The notes below the pieces were generated by a model. It made no database searches, was not told the DNA's origin, and saw only the letters and a list, made by a program, of their open reading frames with translations. A program made the translations under genes and the position numbers. A DNA stretch of 43,596 nt from an uncultured bacterium. GTDB taxonomy: Bacteria; Latescibacterota; UBA2968. This document shows positions 37,884-43,596 of the stretch, piece by piece; position 1 is the stretch's first letter, and each line of letters opens with the position of its first letter. The stretch covers positions 1 to 43,596 of the forward strand of contig CAYYGZ010000007.1 of assembly GCA_964471275.1 (NCBI GenBank). Direction: 5' to 3'.

Positions 37884-39803
37884 ATGCTGAAAGCAACAAC
37901 AGAAACTCCGGATGAGGTCACCGACTACGCCTACTCTCGCATCGTGTTCGATGTGTCTACGGGTACCGAACGCTCGCGCGAAGAGCTGCAGGTGCAGGAT
38001 GACGGTGAATTCCTCGGGGGAATCGGTCGATCGTTCAAAATCATCGCCGACCAGAAGGTGACTGACCCGTTTGCCGCAGACTCACCACTTGTGATCAACA
38101 CGGGCTGTCTGACAGGCACGGCTTACATGACTGGATTGCGGACCTATTTCACGGCCTACTCACCGATGAAGCGCACAATCGGTGGCTCGCCCATGGCAGC
38201 CTGGTCCGCGATGAGCGGTAGCTTCGGTCGGAAGCTGGTATCAGCGGGAATCGGAGACCTTATCCTGACCGGTGCAGCTAACTCGCCGAAAATACTGATC
38301 ATTCGGGAGGGTGCCGACGGACCCTCGATCTCGCTCGAGCCCGCACCCGAAGAGATCGTAGGCGAACGAACACCACAGAAGATGACGTGGCTCAACGCGC
38401 AGTATAACGATGTCGACAGCAAATCGTTCCCCGCACATTTCGCTGTAATCGGGCCGGCAGGTGAGAATTGGGAGACTGTATGGTACGCCAGCGTCATCGG
38501 GTCGACGCAGGAGCAGGTCATGAGCGGAGAAGACAAGTACCGCTTTGCCGGACGGATGGGCATGGGCTCGATACTCGGCTCGAAGAACATCGTCGCGATC
38601 GTGGCCATCTCAGATAACGACCCCTTCCAGAAGGCTGACCATCGCCTCAAGGAGATCAACAAGGAGATCGGCCGAGGCCCACAGAGCCAGGGATTCCGAC
38701 ACCCCGACAACCGCGACGGTTTGGGCGGCACAGGCAAGAATACGAAGATCCTGGACGAACTGGGTGTTGTGCCCTACAAGAATTTCGCCCCCACGGGAGA
38801 GGGACTGGTCAAACCCGTACATCTCGAGACCATGCGGGAATCGGATGATCTGATCTTAGTCGATAAAGGCTGTATCGGATGTCAGGTCGCCTGCCACCAG
38901 GATTTCTACGATATCCCCCCCGAGGGCAAGGACCCTGACCCACGCAAGGCGCGTCGGAACCACGGGCCATATGTCGGTCGCTACGAATACGAGCCGATGG
39001 AGCTGGCGGGCCCGAACTTAGGTATTGATGATGCGCGTCAGAACCTGGCGCTCGCGAGACTGGATGATGATCTCGGGTTAGACACCATTGGAGTCAACGT
39101 CACCGTCGCATACGCGATGGAGGCGAATGAACGAGATGGCAAGTCTCTCGGGGGTGGCGTGACGTTCGGCGACTTCGACGGATCTATGAAGTTGAAAGAA
39201 GACATCGCATATGGTAGAGAGAAGGTGCTGGGCAAGGGCACTAAAGCCGCATCAGAGGAATTGGGCGGCAAAGAATACGCTATGCACTCGAAAGGCGTGG
39301 AACACTCTGCGTATCTGGGTCAGACGAATCCCGGTTACCCCTTCGCGATTGCCGGCGGCCACATGTCCATGCGCACATTCCTGCTTTACGTGATGGATCC
39401 GAACTGCGAGCCGGAATCAGCAGACTACTGGACCGACCAGATCACGAAAACCGGATGGTCCATGATCTCAAAAGACCTGCACGGTGCTTGCATGTTTGCT
39501 CTGTCCCCGAATGAGCAGGTGGCGGAGGGAATTTCATCGATCTTCAACGTACCCTTCACCGCCGAGCGTCTTCTGGCTGCGACCTACCAGAGCTACCTCT
39601 TGGGATTCGCGCTGGAGCGGCGGCAGGGAGCAACACTGGCAGATTACGAGATGGCAGAGGATACCTTCGTCGGCGAGAAGAAGGGAGACCTGCCCGGTGT
39701 CCACTTCCTTACGCGGGAACTGTTTGACGAAATCCGGGGACGTGTTTACGAACACTTCAGCAGTGAAGCGAAGCAGATGGGCTTCGGCGAATACCTGGCT
39801 TAG
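37884..39803 (+). CDS. Aldehyde:ferredoxin oxidoreductase family (tungsten/molybdopterin, 4Fe-4S)
   Basis: FLGGIG, IGPAGEN, AGRMGMGSILGSKN, CIGCQVAC plus distal ACMF (4Fe-4S ligands), EYEP, DDLGLDTI, HSKGVE. RBS AGGAGAG. Confidence 0.92.
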   Translation: MLKATTETPDEVTDYAYSRIVFDVSTGTERSREELQVQDDGEFLGGIGRSFKIIADQKVTDPFAADSPLVINTGCLTGTAYMTGLRTYFTAYSPMKRTIGGSPMAAWSAMSGSFGRKLVSAGIGDLILTGAANSPKILIIREGADGPSISLEPAPEEIVGERTPQKMTWLNAQYNDVDSKSFPAHFAVIGPAGENWETVWYASVIGSTQEQVMSGEDKYRFAGRMGMGSILGSKNIVAIVAISDNDPFQKADHRLKEINKEIGRGPQSQGFRHPDNRDGLGGTGKNTKILDELGVVPYKNFAPTGEGLVKPVHLETMRESDDLILVDKGCIGCQVACHQDFYDIPPEGKDPDPRKARRNHGPYVGRYEYEPMELAGPNLGIDDARQNLALARLDDDLGLDTIGVNVTVAYAMEANERDGKSLGGGVTFGDFDGSMKLKEDIAYGREKVLGKGTKAASEELGGKEYAMHSKGVEHSAYLGQTNPGYPFAIAGGHMSMRTFLLYVMDPNCEPESADYWTDQITKTGWSMISKDLHGACMFALSPNEQVAEGISSIFNVPFTAERLLAATYQSYLLGFALERRQGATLADYEMAEDTFVGEKKGDLPGVHFLTRELFDEIRGRVYEHFSSEAKQMGFGEYLA

Positions 39804-39838
39804 ACTCCCAGGCCGAAGTTCCTGACCGGAAGCAATGA

Positions 39839-39875
39839 AGGGTCCCGCGCGATACCGTGCGGGACCCTCTTCTGT
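39839..39875 (+). terminator. Rho-independent terminator-like hairpin
   Basis: AGGGTCCCGCGCG-ATAC-CGTGCGGGACCCT (13-bp stem, one G-U pair) followed by a weak U tract, between convergent genes. Confidence 0.65.
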
Positions 39876-39947
39876 GTGCTCCCTCCGTGGACTTCCACGT
39901 GACAATCGAACCAAGGCGGTGTTTCCGGTCTGTGGTAGCCCACTTAT

Positions 39948-40818
39948 TTACGATTCCACCATCATCTCCAGGACAGCAACAAGACCACGGTAGTGCTTCT
40001 CCCGATACTGCTCAAGCAGCGTTGTGTCCGTTCGGTCGACGCAACATTGCACCAGTGCTTCCGACTCGAGTTCACTCGATATCTCCAGATCAAACGCACT
40101 CACCTTGCCGATCTCCCAGCACCACGCCCCAAGGCTACCTGCCGTTGTCCCAAACTACAGGATTTGGTCCGTTCTATAAGGAATGCCCATCGCCATACCA
40201 CTGCCATATGCGGTAGCGTAGGCCTTGCATGTCTCAGCGTAGACCGTATCCTCTGCTCCGCATTTTGGTGCAAGAAACACCATCCCGCAGATGCTGGCCA
40301 GACAGTGGAAGGCGTAGACAGCCTGTAGAAGTCTCTCCTGGAGGAATGCCATCACCGCTTTCGTCTCCGGCTCGCTTGCAGGTGAGGGTCCACGATACGT
40401 CCCTGAATCCGGATCGGACGAATCCAGACCATACCCATACTCGACCATATCCCAATCGGCCGGGAAATTGCGATTGAGATCGACGCCGTTTGCGTTCGTG
40501 CGCAGATACCACGGCACACCGTTGACCAGACGCTCCCGCTCGTCCACGTTCACCACCGGGATTGCTGCGATGCTCACTTCATCCAGCAAGTCATCGTGCT
40601 GCTTCAGGACGCCTTCGATCGCGGGGAGCATGAGTTCCGCACCGGACTCGCCGCCGTGGATCACACCGATCAGGGGCACCGTCGACGGCTCCCATCCAGT
40701 ATGCGTAGGTCGCGATCCCTTCTCGACGCTCGTGTCTGTGAAGGCAAACTTGCGGTCATTGCTCGCACGCAACGGCTCTGACCTGCGCCTTCAGTTGCGA
40801 CAGAAGTTTCCTTTCCAT
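39948..40818 (-). pseudogene. M14 zinc carboxypeptidase, frameshifted with an internal stop
   Basis: MERKLLSQ (40818), frameshift, IHGGE, NVD, RTNANGVDLNRNF, GPSPASEPETKA, FHC, TAG at 40155, frameshift, then GSLGAWCW..AFDLE..MVES* at 39948. Confidence 0.82.
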
Positions 40819-40853
40819 GCGTCTATCTCGCTCCACTTGCCATCCCGCGTTTG

Positions 40854-42515
40854 TCAATCTGGACCGGGCTCTCCTTCTCCGAATCCTGGTGCATCGCCGT
40901 CGCTCGGTCCGCCACCGAACTCTGCCTGGCATATGCGTGAGAACTCCCGCCTTACATTCTCAGGCACTTCCTGCGGATCTTGGCCCTCCACATCCATCAA
41001 CCATTTCACATGTGCACCCACAGACTCATCCGTCACATACACGTAGGCCTTCATCGTCTCCGCATAATTGGAATAGCGTCCCATCTGCAGATAAACCTCC
41101 GCGGCTTTCACGTGCGTTGGACCGTATGTAGAAGCCGTTGTCCGCGCGCGCTCATACCATTCCAACGCCTGATCCAGATTGTCCTGCCTTGCAGCCAGAT
41201 CCCCGAGCAGCAGCTGTTCGGGTGCCGCGACCAACCTATAACTCGTTTCACAGTTCATCGCATAGACACGCGCCTCGTCATCACTGCCAAAGGCCGCAAA
41301 CAGGTGCGCCAGGTTCGCGAAGCTCGCATAGGAGGGCAGTTCACCGGAAGTCATCTGCTGACGAATGCTCCGTTCGGCCTCTTGCACATCCTCGAGTGAC
41401 TCGACCTGCCCTCCATCGAGCAGGGCTAGGCCTTGGTGATCGGGATCCATTCCCTTAACCGTTTTGTCGAACAGGGCTGTAAACACGTCCTTCCGCGCGC
41501 CTTTGTAGATCGCCAGCACGTGGGTGCCGCCCGCTGCGACAGAGTGAACACGGCAGGTGGCCCCTTCCGCTTCTGCAGCGGCAACCAGTTCATCGAAGAA
41601 CACGGCAAAGCACGTTGTAGCTCCGTACTCCGTCATCAACGCATCCAGTTCATTCGGAACTTCCCCTGCCGAATACCCGAAGTCGGTAATAAGTACGATC
41701 GACTCCTCACCAAGTCGGGCGACAAGCTCGCGGATCATCGAGGCGACACCGGGCCGTGTGTTGTAGAAGGGGAGGGACGACGCAATGACATTCGCGGTAT
41801 CGGCAGATAGGATCTGCCCCTCCACGGCGGCCTCGACGATCAGGGGGATGCTCTGCAGTACGGCCCCCGGGCTGAGCGATTCCGGAGACGTTTCCAGCAC
41901 CTCCGCAAGGGCTTCACCTTCGAGTATTCGTGGGGGCCAGATCGATGCATCCAACACGGGTTGACCGGTGACTACCCACGTCTGGGCAAGTACTTCGTGA
42001 AGATCGTCGTCGGACTGAGCCACGTGTATGGGTGGAACGGCATCGACGAGGTATGACATCAGGACGACCGAGGGTGCCCCGTCCAGGATATCCTCTGCCG
42101 ACAACGCGTTCCCAGCGCGGGCCGTCACGCGCACCTCGAGGTCCTGCGGCAGCCCTGCAAAGACACCGGACATCGCCGCTATCATTTCAGGACTGTTGTC
42201 ACTCGCCAGATACTGGCACGCTCTGGCCAGATCTGGGCTACGCCGCGCGAGCGTTTCGATTACGTGACGCGTCAGGTAGCCCGTCCCCGCACCGACATCG
42301 TGAAGGGTAAGCGCTTGCTGTGGGTCCCCTTCGATCAGGAACCCCACAAGGTCGCACACGCATCTGGCCAACACAGGTCCCGTCGTAAATGAGAATGGGA
42401 CGCCATCCGCCACAAAGACCGAAGCCCCAGCTCGCCACGCGGCATAGCCCAACCGGTGCCGAACCGAGTCTTGTCGCGAAACCGGCCCCTGAACCTCCAC
42501 TGCCTCGTTTTCCAT
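40854..42515 (-). CDS. SAM-dependent methyltransferase (MidA/NDUFAF7-like) with C-terminal TPR repeats
   Basis: FTTGP, DVGAGTGYL, SDNSPEM, YLVDAVP, TDFGY; TPR-like helices LLGDLAARQDNLDQALEWYERA and AAEVYLQMGRY. Confidence 0.75.
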   Translation of the reverse strand: MENEAVEVQGPVSRQDSVRHRLGYAAWRAGASVFVADGVPFSFTTGPVLARCVCDLVGFLIEGDPQQALTLHDVGAGTGYLTRHVIETLARRSPDLARACQYLASDNSPEMIAAMSGVFAGLPQDLEVRVTARAGNALSAEDILDGAPSVVLMSYLVDAVPPIHVAQSDDDLHEVLAQTWVVTGQPVLDASIWPPRILEGEALAEVLETSPESLSPGAVLQSIPLIVEAAVEGQILSADTANVIASSLPFYNTRPGVASMIRELVARLGEESIVLITDFGYSAGEVPNELDALMTEYGATTCFAVFFDELVAAAEAEGATCRVHSVAAGGTHVLAIYKGARKDVFTALFDKTVKGMDPDHQGLALLDGGQVESLEDVQEAERSIRQQMTSGELPSYASFANLAHLFAAFGSDDEARVYAMNCETSYRLVAAPEQLLLGDLAARQDNLDQALEWYERARTTASTYGPTHVKAAEVYLQMGRYSNYAETMKAYVYVTDESVGAHVKWLMDVEGQDPQEVPENVRREFSRICQAEFGGGPSDGDAPGFGEGEPGPD

Positions 42516-42737
42516 GCTCCCAATGAACTGAAAAAAAGTACAGAGCGCGAATTCCGCATCATCAGGAAACGCGACAAAGACCAGACGACTCAGAACGATG
42601 TCCCGTTTTGCCGTTGTGCATGGTATCCTACTCTTGCAGCCTCATTCGAGGTGACACCCAATAGCGAGGCGCCATAAGCACTTGGGTACTGGAATGCTTG
42701 TTGGAACCATCATTCACCATTCAGAATCGGAGCACAT

Positions 42738-43596
42738 ATGGCAGACGATAAGATTCGTGTAGGCGTGGGAGGACAGGGACGGAGTGGCTACGGTATCCAT
42801 TGCGATTACCTGAGAGAAGATACCGACCGTTTCGACATCGTTGCGGCAGCCGATCAGCAGCCCGAGCGTCGAGAGGATGCCACCGTGGAATTCGAAGCTA
42901 AGGTCTACAATGACTGGCGCCCATTGCTCGAAGAAGGTGGTTTTGATCTCTTCGTGAACGCGCTTCCCAGCCCACTCCACGTTGACGCCAGTATTGAGGC
43001 ACTGAACCGGGGCTTCCACGTCATCAGCGAAAAACCTATGGCTCGCACTGTAGCCGATTTCGACCGCATCGTCGAAGCTGCCGAAAAGAACAATCGTCTG
43101 CTCCTCCCCTTCCAGAACAAGCGGCTCCAACCCTACTTCGACAAGATCCAGGAGGTTATCGCTTCCGGCGTGCTGGGCAAGATCGTACACATCCGATCCA
43201 GTTCGAGCGGGTTCAAGCGCCGATGGGACTGGCAGACGCGTCAGGATCTGTCGGCAGGGAACCTTCTCAACACGGGGCCCCATCCGGTGGACCAGGCCCT
43301 CTGCCTGTTCGGTTGGGACCGAACGCCGGAAGTCTTCTGCCGCATGGCGTGCGAGAACCCTTTCGAGGGCGACGCAGAGAATCACGTGACGGTCACACTC
43401 TACGACCCCGAGCGCATCGCTCCGCAAATCGACATCGACATCAGCTCGCTCACACTGTTCCCAAACCCCGACGCGTACTCCATCTCGGGTACGTGCGGAG
43501 GTATGGTCGGTGGAACCAAGGAACTCAAGTGGCGTTATTTCGACCCGGACACCGCGCCCAAACACGACATGTGGCTCTGGTCGGTCGACCGATCCT
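42738..43596 (+). CDS. Gfo/Idh/MocA oxidoreductase (runs off the window end)
   Basis: Not in the ORF track. ATG 42738 behind GGAG reads MADDKIRVGVGGQGRSGYGIH..PSPLH..HVISEKPMA..FQNKR..RWDWQ..NTGPHPVDQ. Confidence 0.92.
   Translation, partial: MADDKIRVGVGGQGRSGYGIHCDYLREDTDRFDIVAAADQQPERREDATVEFEAKVYNDWRPLLEEGGFDLFVNALPSPLHVDASIEALNRGFHVISEKPMARTVADFDRIVEAAEKNNRLLLPFQNKRLQPYFDKIQEVIASGVLGKIVHIRSSSSGFKRRWDWQTRQDLSAGNLLNTGPHPVDQALCLFGWDRTPEVFCRMACENPFEGDAENHVTVTLYDPERIAPQIDIDISSLTLFPNPDAYSISGTCGGMVGGTKELKWRYFDPDTAPKHDMWLWSVDRS

Noticed and set aside
1453..40157. TAG read-through (pyrrolysine or recoding) at 1453, 4007 and 40155
   Set aside because: Each lies in a gene that also has deletions or frameshifts, and intact genes end in TAG normally.
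42714..43565. 283-aa minus-strand ORF
   Set aside because: It is the antisense shadow of the plus-strand Gfo/Idh/MocA gene starting at 42738.
1..43596. HIP1-like over-representation of CGATCG
   Set aside because: Frequent by eye, but flanks vary (GCGATCGC is rare) and ATC/GAT/TCG codon usage could explain it. A Markov-corrected count is needed.
1..43596. tRNA, rRNA, CRISPR array, transposase, prophage or defence system
   Set aside because: No cloverleaf, rRNA-like tract, regularly spaced repeats or relevant protein motifs seen. The EEP protein and nei have ordinary metabolic and repair explanations.

Overview
A 43.6 kb, GC-rich (roughly 60%) bacterial chromosomal segment dominated by carbohydrate and sulfate-ester catabolism. 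It encodes 3 Cys-type sulfatases, 2 BNR/GH33-like sialidases, a GH28, a PL6, a secreted PL8 chondroitinase-ABC-like lyase with a C-terminal paired EF-hand/dockerin-like module, 2 URO-D/MtaA-like proteins, 2 DegT aminotransferases, an SDR, a PhyH dioxygenase, a ceramidase-like hydrolase and a DUF5916 outer-membrane protein. It also carries nei, a SenA/EgtB-like oxidase, a tungsten AOR-family enzyme, a MidA-like methyltransferase-TPR fusion and a triple-DUF5069 protein. The gene repertoire and the EF-hand module suggest a Latescibacterota-like lineage (inference). The most striking window-wide feature is about eleven gene remnants between intact genes. Several are internally deleted or chimeric, with junctions at short shared motifs, which suggests microhomology-mediated deletion. 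I saw no rRNA, tRNA, CRISPR array or transposase. Family calls come from motif recognition by eye; no database searches were run.
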